Source of the DNA: Eledone cirrhosa
Lineage: Eukaryota
NCBI GenBank assembly: GCA_964016885.1
Contig: OZ024746.1
Coordinates: 56,854,001 to 56,918,000 of the forward strand
Length of the DNA: 64,000 nt
Reading direction: 5' to 3'
A program made the translations under genes and the position numbers. Positions 24,271 to 39,399 of this stretch are shown in pieces. Each line of letters starts with the position of its first letter. Position 1 is the stretch's first letter. Below the pieces are notes generated by a model, which did no database searches, was not told the origin of the DNA, and was given only the letters and a program-made list of their open reading frames with translations.

Positions 24271-24782
24271 ATAAGTAAATAAAATAAAATAAAATAAGAT
24301 AAATAAATACATACACAAGCACATAAACACACACTAGTCACCCATCAGACACAACACTATACACACTAGTCACACATCACACATAACACTATACACACAC
24401 GCAAACGCATACGCAAAGAAGACAAAATAAAATAAGATAAACAAACAAGCAAATAAATAAATAAATATATAGACAGACTGAACAAAAAAAAATGGCGTAG
24501 ACATACAACACAACAGGAGGAACAATGAACGACGATGTTGCAGATGTGCAACGAAAGATTTATGTAAATTATGTAAACTATATATATGTGTTTGTGTCTA
24601 TATTGTATCTGTATTATTTTTGACCGCCGGTCAGTCAATGGCAACATTGAGGACCGAGTAAGTTAGATCGCAGATATATATACATAAAAGACAGCGAGAA
24701 GCGAAAACCAACCAAACAGTGAGTGTGTTCTGTTATTAATTCTGGCAATATTACGCAAATATGACCCTCCCCAAATATAACA
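22885..24782 (+). mobile_element. 5'-truncated Penelope-like element (Naiad-like) with 3' tail
   Basis: Open RT-GIY-YIG frame followed by a tail ending in (TA)n; tail homologous to 16048-16700. Confidence 0.88.
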
Positions 24783-24847
24783 TATATATATATGTATACA
24801 CATATTAAACACCTACATAGACACACGAACGGATATATATATATACG

Positions 24848-24914
<67 letters not shown>

Positions 24915-24942
24915 ATATGCATACACACACACACTCACACAT

Positions 24943-25107
<165 letters not shown>

Positions 25108-25650
25108 CGTTATTCCGGGTTGAATCGGAGGTAACCACAGTAAGTAAGGTACTCAATACATAGCAGAGTATAACAGTTTTAATATAGATGAGATTCTACA
25201 GGACTAGAACTGTTTCATTCATTAGAAATCATCAGGAATCTGGGTATCAAAAAATAAATATGGTATTTATAGGTCTCTACAAGTGGTAGGAGAGGGTGGG
25301 GAGTGGGATGGGTGCAGGTCATTGGTTGATAGAGAAGGGAATTCATTAAAAGCTAATTCTACATAGCTATAGTTAATTTATATTTATTTATGTTTTTAGA
25401 GTAACAAAGGCAGACAGAATTCTATAAACAGGTTCTGGATGGCGTACCATTCCTTGTCAATAAGTTTCTCTTAAGCTAGCAGATGTCTATAAAATCAGTG
25501 GGGGGTCATTCATGCTCGATAGAATTAAAGAAAAGGGAGATTCTTTACATTAAGGTTCTGCTAAGTGACAAAGGTCTAGGGAATTCTGCAGACAGATTCA
25601 AAATACTGAGTGCATATCTTACTATTATCTTCGAACTTCTCTTAAACTAA
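25108..25650 (-). mobile_element. PLE-like 3' tail with HHR
   Basis: Abuts (TA)n; HHR at 25191-25241; second partial copy at 34830-34940. Confidence 0.7.
25191..25241 (-). ncRNA. Type I hammerhead ribozyme
   Basis: AGAUUC CUGAUGA UUUCUAAUGAAU GAAA CAG-UUCUAGUC-CUG UA^ GAAUCU; stem II is weak. Confidence 0.78.
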
Positions 25651-26007
25651 TCAACAATATGCCAAATCAACAGACACATTCACAAAAAAACAAAAAAACC
25701 CAATAAAACAAAAAAACCAGAAAAACAAAAGAAACCACACCTAAAAAACAAAAAAAACACACATACTCACTCACACACTTACGCGCAACCATAAAGACAC
25801 ACATAAACACATATACACACATAAAAACACACACACATATATAAAAAATATATAAACATATACAAATATAAATATATATTCATGTACACACACATACATA
25901 CACACATACTGTGTGTGTGTGTATGAGTGTGTATATATATATGTGTATTTGTGTATGTGTGTGTATATATATATATATATATGTGTGTGCGTATGTATGT
26001 GTATATA

Positions 26008-26038
<31 letters not shown>

Positions 26039-26724
26039 GTATATATATATAATCATATACATCTAGATAGATATATATTTATTATTTAGATAGTTAGGTG
26101 TATATAAAGAGTTGATTTAAAACAACAGAAACAGAGCAAAGGTGCAAAAGATAGAATGCAAGGCAAGCGAGTAGTATCATTGTGAAGATGTGTATATACA
26201 ATGTATACACCATATAGTTATATTATATTATATTATATAGCAGCAGTATGTAGTAGCAGTAGTATTTTCATTGTATTTTATTACTTCCGTTGGCAAACAC
26301 GTTCTTAGCAGGTGATATTGTCTTATATTTATATTATATTTTTAAGCTGCTTCCATCTTGAAATACCACAGCTACATAACAAGACAAATACCACTGCTAT
26401 TTCTAAGACATTTTCTCACTCTCTATCTATCTGTTTAGCTCTCTCTAACTCCATCTCTCTCTGTCTCCGTCTGTCTCTCACATTCTCTGTTTCAGGATAC
26501 ACCATGTTTCCATAGCATCCGAAAACAGTTCCAGCAGAAATATTTCATCAGTTAGCATCCGATTTACCTTAATCTTCTGCTACTACTGTTGCTACTGTTG
26601 CTGCACTTCTTGCAGTTGTTGCTGCCAATATTGCATTACTATCTATTTTTTTAGCATTACAAGTTGCATCCTTAAATATTTCTCTGTTTATTCATCTTTC
26701 ATTCTGTTAAATATATCCTACAAA

Positions 26725-26978
26725 TTCTTCTTCTTCTTCTTCTTCTTCTTCTTCTTCTTCTTCTTCTTCTTCTTCTTCTTCTTCTTCTTCTTCTTCTTCT
26801 TCTTCTTCTTCTTCTTCTTCTTCTTCTTCTTCTTCTTCTTCTTCTTCTTCTTCTTCTTCTTCTTCTTCTTCTTCTTCTTCTTCTTCTTCTTCTTCTTCTT
26901 CTTCTTCTTCTTCTTCTTCTTCTTCTTCTTCTTCTTCTTCTCCTCCTCCTTCCCCTCCTCCACCTCCTCCTCCTCCTC
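26725..26978. repeat. (TTC)n then (TCC)n microsatellite
   Basis: Direct reading; source of the poly-E and poly-K pseudo-ORFs. Confidence 0.97.
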
Positions 26979-26999
26979 TTTTCCCACTTATTCCGGAGA

Positions 27000-27560
27000 G
27001 AACAGAGTCCTCATACACTCATTCTAACGGGTCCTGTCAGAAGCAACAGACTCCAACTGATCTGGCTGTATTCCCAAGCGATGCTCATGGATATTGTTGA
27101 GCATTCTTGCAGATTAGTTCTTCGATCGGTTGGGTTGGCCCGTAAAATGAGTCCAGCAATTATTTCTTGAGACATTCTTACCACGTGCCCATAGTTTTGG
27201 AACTTTCATCTTTCAATCTGGAGACGTAGTGACTCTACGTTGAGTGACACTCTGATCTCTGAGCTAAGTAGTGTATCGAGTAAAGTTACTCCAAAGTCCC
27301 TTCAGCCTCAGGTATTCGCAATCGTATTCGTTCGATCACTACCCGAGATTCATGACCATATATAAGGTTTGGCACGAATACCGAATTGAAGAAAGCGAGT
27401 TTGGCTTTTACATCTACCTGTCATTTTCAGATTACCGAATACTGAACCTGGTGCATTTCTCTACCAGCTGCTGCAATGGTTTCGCTTATTTCAGCCTTCC
27501 ACGTTCCATCACTCCTTGACACGTCTCCGAGATACTTCACCTTCTCCACCTACTTCATCC
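27000..27560 (-). mobile_element. Degenerate LINE (RTE-like) remnant
   Basis: Minus strand reads VEKVKYLG-like at ~27550-27525 and is mixed-composition sequence next to a triplet-repeat tail; heavily disrupted. Confidence 0.45.
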
Positions 27561-27627
27561 TTAAATATTTCTCTCTTTATTCATATTACATTCTGTTAAA
27601 TATATCCTACAAAATGTCTTCTTCTTA

Positions 27628-27659
<32 letters not shown>

Positions 27660-27897
27660 CTGATGATGATGATGATGATGATGACATGAGCAGCTGCAAT
27701 AAGAACAATGACACTGCATGGGAAAAGTATGTAATAAATATCGCCGTCATCGTCAGAACTTCATAATAATTGAACACAACATGAAGCATCAACAACACTA
27801 ATACGGACACTGCTACCATCAACACCATCCCCACCACCATCACTTCAGCAACAAAAATATTACATAGCAAAAAAAAAAGCATAACAGTTACGCAAAC

Positions 27898-28052
27898 AAT
27901 AATGGTTTCTAGTATAGGCACAAGGCGAGTAATTTGGGGGGACGGGAAAATCGATAAAATCGACCCCAATACGTTACTGGTGCGTAAAGGGCCGTAACGC
28001 TATGCTGCAAAGCATGGTGTCCGGCTCCCTATCTATACTGCCAATCCACTGC
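27898..28052 (-). mobile_element. SINE copy, degenerate
   Basis: GTTTCTAGTATAGGCACAAGG...ATACTGCCAATCCAC. Confidence 0.8.
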
Positions 28053-28387
28053 AAACGATAATGACAAAACAAATGGTAACAACAGAAATAACTACATTAA
28101 TAACAACAACAACGATGACAACACTAACAACAACGATGACAACAATAACAACAATACCTTTACAGCAACAGGCGCAAGAGGAAAGCAAGTTAACGGGACT
28201 ATTTTGGAAAAAGAGGCACAAGTTAGTCATAAACGGCCAAACGTATAAAACTAAAGAAATCATGGGTTAACATAATAACCATCGGCAGACACCCATAAAA
28301 ACTGTAATTTAGAAATGCGTTTCAACAAATACGAATCGGCCGGAATAAGCGAATAAGGCCGGAGAAGAAAGAACACTGAATAGGATC

Positions 28388-28575
28388 ATTTTTTCTACTT
28401 TTGGCACAAGGCCAGCAAATATCCAAGTGCCTTACTGGTACTTTATTTTATCGACACGTAAGGATGAAATGTAAAGTTAACCTCGGTGGGATTTGAACTT
28501 AGACAGTAAAGGGACATTACTCTATGCTGGAAATCATGGCGTCTGACCATTCTTTGATACTGCCAATCCACCGTA
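28388..28575 (-). mobile_element. SINE copy
   Basis: TTTCTACTTTTGGCACAAGGCCAGCAA...GATACTGCCAATCCACCG. Confidence 0.88.
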
Positions 28576-29862
28576 GAAGATGATAATGCCCGACATACAG
28601 CACATTGTGAAGACCAGGAAATTTGCGGATATGTCAGTTCTCTGGAAGATTGAAGCCCGGCCTGTCAAACATTCTGTGGTAGCCTATCGGAGTGACAAGT
28701 ATGTCATATTTAGGGAGAAGAAATGTATGGATAAAGAATCCAAGGATCCAGAAGTGAATATATTGTTGGACATTGGTCAGCATCCTTCTAGAACGAAGCA
28801 ATACTCTCTTCGAATTGGAGAACCTGATCCGGATTCAGTGTGTAGGCACTAATCGAAATCAAATCAGATAACATCCACAAGATCCCAGATCTCATCCGGC
28901 GCGGAGATGCTTAATGTGGTTGAGGAAAGAAAACATTGATGCCATCTGTGGAGTTTGGGAGTTTGACCACTTAGTAACATCAAGAACAGTGACAGCAAAA
29001 CCACAATTACAGCAGCAACACCTCCAGCAGCAGCACCTCCAGCAGCAACAGCAATATCAACAACGCCACCAAAAGCGGGAGAAAATTCACACCACAACCA
29101 TCAGCAGCAGAATGAGACGCAGCAGATATCATGAAAATCACCGAGAGGATCTCTCACTGAAGCTGTTCCTGGGTTACTCCACTCCCCCCCTCTCTCTCTG
29201 TCTCTCCGTGTCCTTAAATGCAATACACAAGGACCCAACTCTACCTCAAATACTAAGAGTGAATGGTTCTACTCGTAACAAGTATGACTCGGACTTATGG
29301 GTTTCCACAACTGTCCCTTTTTGAGTTTGAGACGATAAGCTTAATTCATTCGAGTATTAAAAGGGGGATAAAACAATGAGGTGATGATACTGGTGATGAT
29401 GATGATCTTAGTAAGGAGTAGGAGGATGATATCAATTATACCTCAACATATCCTTACAAATATTATGTGGAAAACCTAGAAAAATATAATCATTACAACT
29501 ATATGTTCTCTTAATGATTTCACATTTAAGACTCTTTTGGGGCGATGGGCATCGTATCATTTGAAAAAGGCTGAAATATATCACAGATGACCAGTCTTAA
29601 GGAAATTCATTCAATACATTATAATAAATAAATATCAGCCTAGACCGACGGAATAGCTATGGTAACAAGTATTACAAATCGTAAATATGGTGAGATTTGT
29701 TTGTTAAGGGGAAAAAGAAGCATCTTATAAGATGCGAGAAGCATCGAAACTGGCAAATTTAATTATGTTACATATTACATAGATGTGGAAAAAGAATGGA
29801 AAGTGCCTTTTTTGTGTGTAAATTACGTCTATATGGTATTTCATAGTTTTCGTACTAATAAT

Positions 29863-30037
29863 TGTTTCTACTTTAGGCACGAGGCCAGCAATTACCCAGT
29901 GCATTACTGGTATTTTATTTTATCGACCCCGTAAGGATGAAAGGCAAAGTCAACCTCGGCGGGATTTGAACTCAGATCGTAAAAGGACGTAACTATGCTG
30001 GAAAGCATGGCGTCCGACCCTCTACCGATACTGCCAA
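29863..30037 (-). mobile_element. SINE copy with 15-bp TSD
   Basis: TTTCGTACTAATAAT at 29848-29862 and 30038-30052. Confidence 0.93.
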
Positions 30038-31515
30038 TTTCGTACTAATAATGTGAATGTTAACTACAAATTAAATACGTTTAGAATATAAAGAGAGAAA
30101 AATACAGAAAACAGGAGGTGGAGCGTATTGAAGCTCGAAATATTGTCTATTTCAATCCAAATAAATTTAGTGGGCAGAATGACAACTTTGAGCCTGCCTC
30201 ATTGGCTTCTTTCATTTATAGTCTACTTCAGCTTATTCTAAACTCTGCGTTATTTATCAGAAATCTGGATGATATATTGAAAACAGAAGGAAGGTTTTAA
30301 TATGTATGTAACGTAGCAAACTTTAGCTATTAATGAAAAAATGTTGTGTCGTGTTGAAGTAAAATCTATGTCTTATCACAGGCAAAATGCAGTGTAACTC
30401 AACATCCAGATTTTATCTAACGCAATCACAATTGCACTTGATTATTTGGATATTTAATGAAACAAATAAAGACGCATCACTTTTTACTATAATCAATATA
30501 ATTCCAAACAATAAATTGCAAAAATCAACGACGCAGATTTACTATTAACGTCATGTATTATTAATAACGAGTAGCTTAGAAAATGTGTATATTATCTAGA
30601 TTAAACGTTTTAATCTAAATAAAAACACGAGTACACTTACGAAAGTGTAACAAATTAATTTTACTGCTGTAGGTTGTTTTTCGAATTTAATTTAAAAAAG
30701 AAATTAAGAACTTATTATCTATTCTATTGAAATATGTCCTTTAGTGGAACTTCTACCAGAGATACAAATAAATTATGAATTTCCAAGTGTACGATCAATG
30801 GAGCTGTCTGTACATGAAATTAACGTATATCACAAAGACAATTCATCTCAACGTATTTCTCAAGGAGGTTTCTCGTACAACTGTGGGAGAAGAATGGTCC
30901 ATTGACTGATTTATAGATAAGTCACAATCCCTTGAGCGTTCAAATATTCCCCGTCATATACGAAGCAAGCACTATAACCATTCAACCATGTTATGTCCAC
31001 TGTGGCTTCCATAGAATGTAAGAATCTATATATTAAACATTCTTCCATAATTTATACATAGTCATAATCTTCTATATTATAAGGAAATGCAGTCTGCCAT
31101 ATTTAAACATGCTACAATATTCAATACCTTAAATTATTACCGTATATAAGACATTAACAATTTTACACATAGCCATACTAAATAGGATGTTGGTATATAT
31201 ACATACCATAGAGTACACCAATCTATAAATTAAATACATTATAGTCTTCCAGAATTTATGCAAATTCATATTCGATATATTGCAATCTGTTATACTTTAA
31301 ATGTTTTACAATATACTAGAGTCTCCAATATTTACATATATTAGAGACTCCCTTACATAAAAACACGAGAGAATATAAATAAAGGAATGCAAACAATTTA
31401 TGTAGAAAATATGATAAATGTTAATAGCCTTGAGCTAAGACACAAACCTACTTTGATACGCACACAAGCACACACACGCGCACACATAGACAGACACATA
31501 TATGTATATACAAAG

Positions 31516-31599
<84 letters not shown>

Positions 31600-31639
31600 A
31601 TATATATAGATGACACTTTAGCCTTTGTCAAGGCAGAAT

Positions 31640-31990
31640 TCTAGGAGAAGGAAACTCTGAAATAACACCTGCAACTCTGATGGTATCCAATTATGTTGAC
31701 TTGTTCTTCTTTTTGGTAAATATCATCTTGTTTAAGAGAGTGGGACTGGCTTTGTGCAGTGCCTTTGTTCACTATAAAAGCTTCACGGCACAGGCATTGC
31801 TTTATATCTGGAGATCTCTCTGCACTTGTCGTCACATGGTCCCATGGGCCCAGCACTATGTGTCAATAATTGTCACAAATGTAGTGTTTGTACCAGAGTT
31901 TTTATGTCGCTGGCTGGACTAAAAAGTCACTCGTTCAGCGCATCGGTAGGAGTTCTCCTACATGGATATAAAGTAGTGGCCGTACTCGAA
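31640..31990 (+). mobile_element. RTE-like LINE 3' remnant
   Basis: HKCSVCTRVFMSLAGLKSH resembles the C2H2-like tail of RTE ORFs. Confidence 0.55.
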
Positions 31991-32169
31991 AACGAGTTGG
32001 CAGCCACCATATATCTAGGGAGTGTAACTTGGAGTTATTGTAGGTTCACCCGGTGAGCACTCGATGTTTAGGTTCACTTCAGTGTCGAGATGTAGAGCTA
32101 GACAGAGTGTATTATAGTTAAATAAGATAACAAGGAAGATTGGTTACTCCTTCATTACGTATATTGTTT

Positions 32170-32254
32170 GGTGACGCGCGTTTCGCCACTGAACAGCTAT
32201 AGGTTCGGTCTGTATCGATCTGACCCTACACGGTAATCCGCGGCTCGTCAGACC
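32170..32254 (-). ncRNA. Type I hammerhead ribozyme with 60-nt stem II domain
   Basis: GGU CUGACGA GCC...GGC GAAAC GCGC GUC^ ACC. Confidence 0.88.
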
Positions 32255-32298
32255 CCTTGTAGTATTAATATATACACATGCACATATACACACATATG

Positions 32299-32332
<34 letters not shown>

Positions 32333-32337
32333 TATAG

Positions 32338-32896
<559 letters not shown>

Positions 32897-32897
32897 G

Positions 32898-32945
<48 letters not shown>

Positions 32946-32962
32946 CATATATATATATATAT

Positions 32963-33354
32963 ATTTTATCGACCCTGTAAGGATGGAAGGCAAAGTTAAC
33001 CTCAGTGGGATTTGAACTCAGATGATAAGAGACAGAACTGTCGAGATCTTTGCCGCTATGCAACTATGCAGAAGACCCACCATCCCTTACATACAAAGTT
33101 AAACCTACAGTCCGTAGGCACCTCTTAACCCAATATACACCCAACTCACAAATCCTACTCCATACTCCCACTTCCGTACCCTGTAAAGTGGTCGTGTAGG
33201 TGATTCGACAAAAGCACACAATCTATAAAGTATCTGATGAGCTTTTGCTTCCAAAGTCGGGCCCTATCGTTACAGATCGAACCTTAAGCTTATCAATAGT
33301 GAAACGCGGGACACCTCTGAATAAAGTGAATGGATATACCCTGACACCGCTTTC

Positions 33355-33453
<99 letters not shown>

Positions 33454-33925
33454 TATATATATATAGATATATATATATAGATATATATATACATATATAT
33501 ATATATTATATATATATATATAAATATATATACATACGTGTGTAGGGGGATGTTTAATATTAAGTACGAAAGTAGTGTCAGGGTATCCCCATTCACTTTA
33601 TTCAGGTGTGACGCGCGTTTCACTGTTGATATGCTTAAGGTTCGTCTCTATCGATAGGGCCCGAATTTGGAAGCAAAACCTCATCAGACACTTTATAGAT
33701 TGTGTACTTCTTGTCGAATCACCTACACGAGCACTTTACAGGGGAAGGAAGTGGGATTATGGAGTAGGATTTGTGAGTGGGTCTTCTGCGTAATTGAATA
33801 GCGGCAAAGATCTCGACATTCGTCCCCTTGTGATCTGAGTTCAAATTCCGTCGAGGTTAACTTTGCCTTTCATCCGTACGGGGTCGATAAAACAACAATA
33901 TATATACTGGGATAATTGCTGGTAA
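32963..33925. mobile_element. Inverted pair of SINE-fragment + HHR-tail composites around a (TA)n core
   Basis: Arms ~32963-33356 and ~33565-33892 share both the SINE piece and the HHR tail. Confidence 0.85.
33606..33691 (-). ncRNA. Type I hammerhead ribozyme with 59-nt stem II domain (mutated mirror copy at 33230-33316)
   Basis: GUGU CUGAUGA ... GAAAC GCGC GUC^ ACAC followed by AAUAAA; the plus-strand copy has GAC at the cleavage triplet. Confidence 0.82.
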
Positions 33926-34179
33926 GTGAGCAAGGTTATGTTTTTATCACCTCGTCCCGGGGTTTTCTTGGTCTACACACACCGTAACTTTCACCATTAT
34001 ATATATAACAAATTTAGCGCAAATAACCAATTTAGACTTATAACATAATTTTACTTTATGTACATTTCAATTTATAACAGCGGGGCATATCTCAATATAT
34101 ATTTAGCATTAGTCCGCACGTGTATATAACTCACTTCAGCAATACAAATAGTGCTATAAGCATCATATAAAGCAACATA

Positions 34180-34219
<40 letters not shown>

Positions 34220-34284
34220 CTTAGAGTTTAGACTCAAAGGGGTCATTTACAATCATTTCAGCTCTAGGAATCGCTTCTGAGCAG

Positions 34285-34575
<291 letters not shown>

Positions 34576-34698
34576 CAATTCAAAGGGATATATGTATATA
34601 ATTAGACATAGTCACAGATACATATATGAGTGTGGCTACCTTTCACGGTGTGACTCAATGAAGAATTAATTAAGCAAATCATTATTAATCAGAGCTAC

Positions 34699-34818
34699 AT
34701 ATAAAATTGCAAGTTTGAAGAATTATTAGATAAAATATATACAGTATTTATACGGATTAGGGAGAGGAAATACTGTATACATTTTATCTAATAATTCTTC
34801 AAACTTGCAATTTTATAT
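34699..34818. repeat. TA-associated foldback (~50-bp arms)
   Basis: ATATAAAATTGCAAGTTTGAAGAATTATTAGATAAAAT and its reverse complement. Confidence 0.88.
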
Positions 34819-35163
34819 ATATATATAAAAGGTATTCCGGGTTGAATCGGAGGTAGCCACAATAATAAGGTACTCAATACATAGCAGAGTATAACAGTTT
34901 TAATATAGAAGAGCTTCTACAGGACTAGAACTGTTTCATTGTGGACGACCGAAATTCTAAAGATTTGATGTTGGGATTAGACCTGTCCAGCGTCTTTTAC
35001 AGCTATTGAGAGATAGACACTTGATAGATTTATGACCCTGACTGAAGACGATGTCAGTTGGCGTGTTTTGGCTGCTGAATCTTCATATGGGGAACATAAC
35101 TCCTGGGAGTGAACATCGTTAGTTTTCCTCCCTCATATGAAAGATTTGAAGACAATTCATTAT

Positions 35164-35237
35164 TCACCTGATGAGGCCAGTGAATATCGATCATGACCAC
35201 ACACACGATCTAATTCTTATTGAAACATGTGTCATGA
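35164..35237 (+). ncRNA. Hammerhead motif with 47-nt stem II domain
   Basis: UCAC CUGAUGA ... GAAAC AUGU GUC^ AUGA; one mismatch in stem I. Confidence 0.7.
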
Positions 35238-35370
35238 TTAAAATGATAGGACACTTATACCATGCCATCGGAACTTTATTTTGATATATGTATATATATA
35301 TACATATATAAAAAACATATATATATATATATGTATATATGTATATATATTTATATATATATATATATAA

Positions 35371-35474
<104 letters not shown>

Positions 35475-35511
35475 ATATATATATTTATATGTATATATAT
35501 ATATTTATATG

Positions 35512-35558
<47 letters not shown>

Positions 35559-35579
35559 GTATATATGTATATACATATG

Positions 35580-35615
<36 letters not shown>

Positions 35616-35629
35616 CATATATATACACA

Positions 35630-36030
35630 CATATAAATAAACATGAATAATCACAAGAGATAATTTTTACAAATGTGTAACCACACATAGCTAGGTAGGT
35701 AACTAAATAGAGTTGACCATATATTTCTTTAATGGAATATATACAGGGAAGATTAATCATATTATAAAGTATCTATTTTTGAAGTTCTGGTCAACTTTAT
35801 TTAGTTACCTACCTAGCTATGTGTGGTTACACACTTGTAAAAATTATCTCCTGTGATTATTCATGTTTATTTATATGTTAATCGATCTCTAGTTATTATA
35901 AAATGCTCGGACCTACTCGTTAGAATCTTATAGATTATTTTGCGGGTGATATGGCGCATCTCTTTCTCGCATGACACCCATAATTTCCGATTTAGATTAA
36001 ATTCATTTGATTTATCTTAATTTTGGATAT

Positions 36031-36035
<5 letters not shown>
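35630..36035. repeat. Family Z foldback
   Basis: 35630-35718 is inverted at 35788-35878; homologous to 8198-8752. Confidence 0.85.
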
Positions 36036-36089
<54 letters not shown>

Positions 36090-36146
36090 CACACAAATAT
36101 CAAAATAAAGATCCGAAGGCATGGTATAAATGTCCAATCATTTTAA

Positions 36147-36220
36147 TCACGACATATATTTCAATAAGAGATAGATCGATCGTGTGGTCATGATCAATCG
36201 TCACTGGTCTCCTCAGGTGA
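36147..36220 (-). ncRNA. Hammerhead motif, inverted homologue of 35164-35237
   Basis: UCAC CUGAGGA ... GAAAU AUAU GUC^ GUGA. Confidence 0.75.
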
Positions 36221-39200
36221 ATAATTAATTGTCTTCTGAACACTTCTGGACAGCCTTCCACTACGGTCATATGCCATTTCAAGGTCGACAAAACAAGAAT
36301 ATACTTCTTGGCAATACTCCCTCGATTTCTCGAATACCTGCCGCAGTGTAAATATTTGATCGGCTGTGCTTCGTCCGGAGCAGAGACCGCATTGTCCATC
36401 GGCTAGCTTAGGCTCGACATTCTCCCTGCATATCTGCCAGACACATAGTATAAACTTTTCCGGGCAAACTTACAAATGAGATCGTTCTATAATAGGAACA
36501 ATCTCTCTTACATCCCTTTTTGAAAATTAGCATTATCACCCCCGATTGCCATTGCTTAGGTGCCTTTCCATATATCCAAACCCCTCAGCACACATGAGCC
36601 TGAGAGTACCTTCTCTATTTAAGGCTTTTAATATTGCAGGCTAGAATTCATCTTCCCGAGTGGTCTTGCCATATTTGAGCTCCTTTATTACATTTGTGAG
36701 CTCAGCCTCTTAGAGATTAGGCTGTGCTCCCAGATACAACTCGTGTACATCAGAAGATGCTGTTGTGTTACAAGATAAGGAAAGTATTCTCTCCCCTCGC
36801 GAGGATGCATCTCCACGCCTGCGAAGAGAACGTTGTATTATAAAATTGTTGGATGATCTGCCAGAGCATTTTATTTGCTGTTCTGAAATCCGATTTCAGC
36901 TTAACCTCTAAGTCCGTCTATGTTTTAACTTTCGACGCTTTTACTGTCTCTACTGCGATTCATTGTGTCTGGTTGTACCACAAGTGTATGCAGGGGGACT
37001 CATATCCAAGCCAAGCTTTGTAGGCCTCAGACGTTGCTCGGATAGCAGCTTTGACCTATGATTAGACCAAGGGGTACTCCAGCCATCTCAAATCCTCGAT
37101 TTTCTCAGGGAGTTTTTTGAATTTGGATGCAATATTATCTGCTAAAATACTATTGAATATCAAATCTAATTATCACCTACGTAAACAAAAACCGACACAC
37201 AGACATACAAGTTGTCCACACACTCACACACACATTATATATATATATATATATAATCCAGGAAACCTTCTGAAGCAGATGTCTTGTAGCACTTTGTATG
37301 AAATTGATTTTGCAAACCTGTATATTGGAATATAACTCTAACCAGAAAAAGCATGTGGTGGGAGAGTCCCTTAACCCTTTTCTATCGGTACTGCGTTTCA
37401 GAATGAGTAGTGCAATGATCAAATGTGTCCTAAATGTGAACAGTCTTTTCATATTTACCCTGGCACGGTATATACCGAACTATATTATTCAATATATATT
37501 TTGCTTAAAACGACAATGACATATGATTTCAGTGGGGTTCAGCTGTTATTTATAGAATGTCAAATGATCACATAGAGCCGACATAATTCAAAAAACCAAT
37601 GGAATTAAAGCGAAATCTTTGAATGTATAAAAAATATAAGATAATTCTATTACAAAACACAACAATAGATATCACTTTATATCTGTACAATGCTGGCAAT
37701 TATGAATAATACATTCAAATACAACAAGGAAAAGATAGGCTTATTGATTTATCGTGAAAGAATTAATAAATGTCCTCTGAGACTTCCGTATGTCATTCCT
37801 CATATATAACTTGACGAAATTGCAAAATGATGTCTGGGTGGATATTTTAAAGAAGAACGCCTCTTGCTTTGTTTTTATGTTTTCCATTTTTTTTTCATCA
37901 CAATCTTACTTCAACGAATTGTAATAGAATGCAATCTACAAACAGAAACGGCTACACTGTTTTTCGGCATTATTTCCGTCTATATATATATGTATGTCTT
38001 CGTGTGTATTCGACTTCCAGCAGTTTTGACGATAAGTAGTTTAGCTGTTCGATCCACAGAACAGCCTACACATGACATTAACCTGACTGAATGTGATTGA
38101 GCATTTTTCAGGCACGTATAACTTTCCTTATTAGAGATATTATCTGACGTTTTTAGGGGAGTGCATTGGTAAAATCTTTAGATCATCGGATAAAATGCTT
38201 TACACCAGCCCTTTATGTTCTGAGTAATAATCCAACCAAACACCACTTTACTGTTAATCATTTCATAGTCAAGAAAACAAAGTACCAATGAAGGTTTTAC
38301 TTTATTTATTTTGATGTGGTTTTACTCTAGCAAATGCACCATTATGTGGTATTTTTGTTTGTATTTAGTATTTATTTTTATCAACATAATATTGGGTTCT
38401 TAATTTTTTTTTTTAGTTATTATATGTGAAGAGGTTTACAAAATCATAACTAGACTCTATGCTGGCCCACACGCAAGGTGTAAGTCGACTTTCTCCGCCC
38501 TCTTGAAATCCAACGTTGCTGGCTTTGAAACTAAATTTTAAAATTTGTTCGAATGTAATTACACCGAGGAACACCGTTAACGATCTTCTAAGCAGCAACC
38601 AATTTGAATATGCAGCAACAATATCTCAGCCTAATGGCTAACGAATAAAGAAGATTATCCAGGGTATAATAACAATCCTTGGTCCGGTACTTACCAATCA
38701 CATGGTAGAGAGACGGCATTGTATATATAATATTACCTGAGAGAAGTTAACCAAATAACAAACCAATGTGTGAAAGCATGTTAGCTATTACATACTTAAA
38801 AGCTATTTAGTGTTTCTCCAAGCGCAGTTTTAATTAATTACATAATTTAATTAACACCGTTCGACAAATCTCTAAATCATCTCTGCCGATGACATCCGTA
38901 TAATGAAATTTTCTGAGTAGCAGCACAGTGCAATGGTAAATACTTGAAGACATGTTAAGTAATATTTGTATTCCTTGGAGTTAAGAATCGTGGTGATTAC
39001 AGGTCTACCAATAAAAAATAGACATAAGTGAAATTAAATCAATAGTTTACTTCTTTTAAAACTTTCGATCCAAACGCCGGGCAAAGTATCCCTTTATTTA
39101 TATCTATATTCTATCTTTCTTAAGTACCGAGTACTAAGTTGAATAATGGTTTAACAGTCTTCAATTGAACATCTGTTTCTACTACTCCTCGTTCTCTCTA

Positions 39201-39350
39201 TTTATATACATTTTACCGCTTTGTTCCAGGTGTGTCTTTCTTTAAGCTCCATTATCCGACTTCACATCTAGCTTCCCCATCACCCCACACTTATATAACA
39301 CAGCCAAGTACATCGCTCAACTACAATGACTACATAATCCGCCACACACG

Positions 39351-39399
<49 letters not shown>

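Noticed and set aside
23860-24560. Selenocysteine recoding or SECIS in the Naiad-like PLE
   Set aside because: Some Naiads are reported to encode selenoproteins, but this ORF has ordinary Cys codons, no in-frame TGA, and I see no convincing SECIS.
24525-24572. HHR in the Naiad-like tail (ACGACGA, GTTGCA/TGCAAC stem, GAAAG)
   Set aside because: Good stem II, but the core and stems I and III are too degenerate to call.
26707-27018. Poly-E and poly-K ORFs
   Set aside because: They come from a (TTC)n microsatellite.
28914-29324. Gln-rich ORF
   Set aside because: Low-complexity CAG/CAA tract next to LINE remnants, with no domain or splice support.
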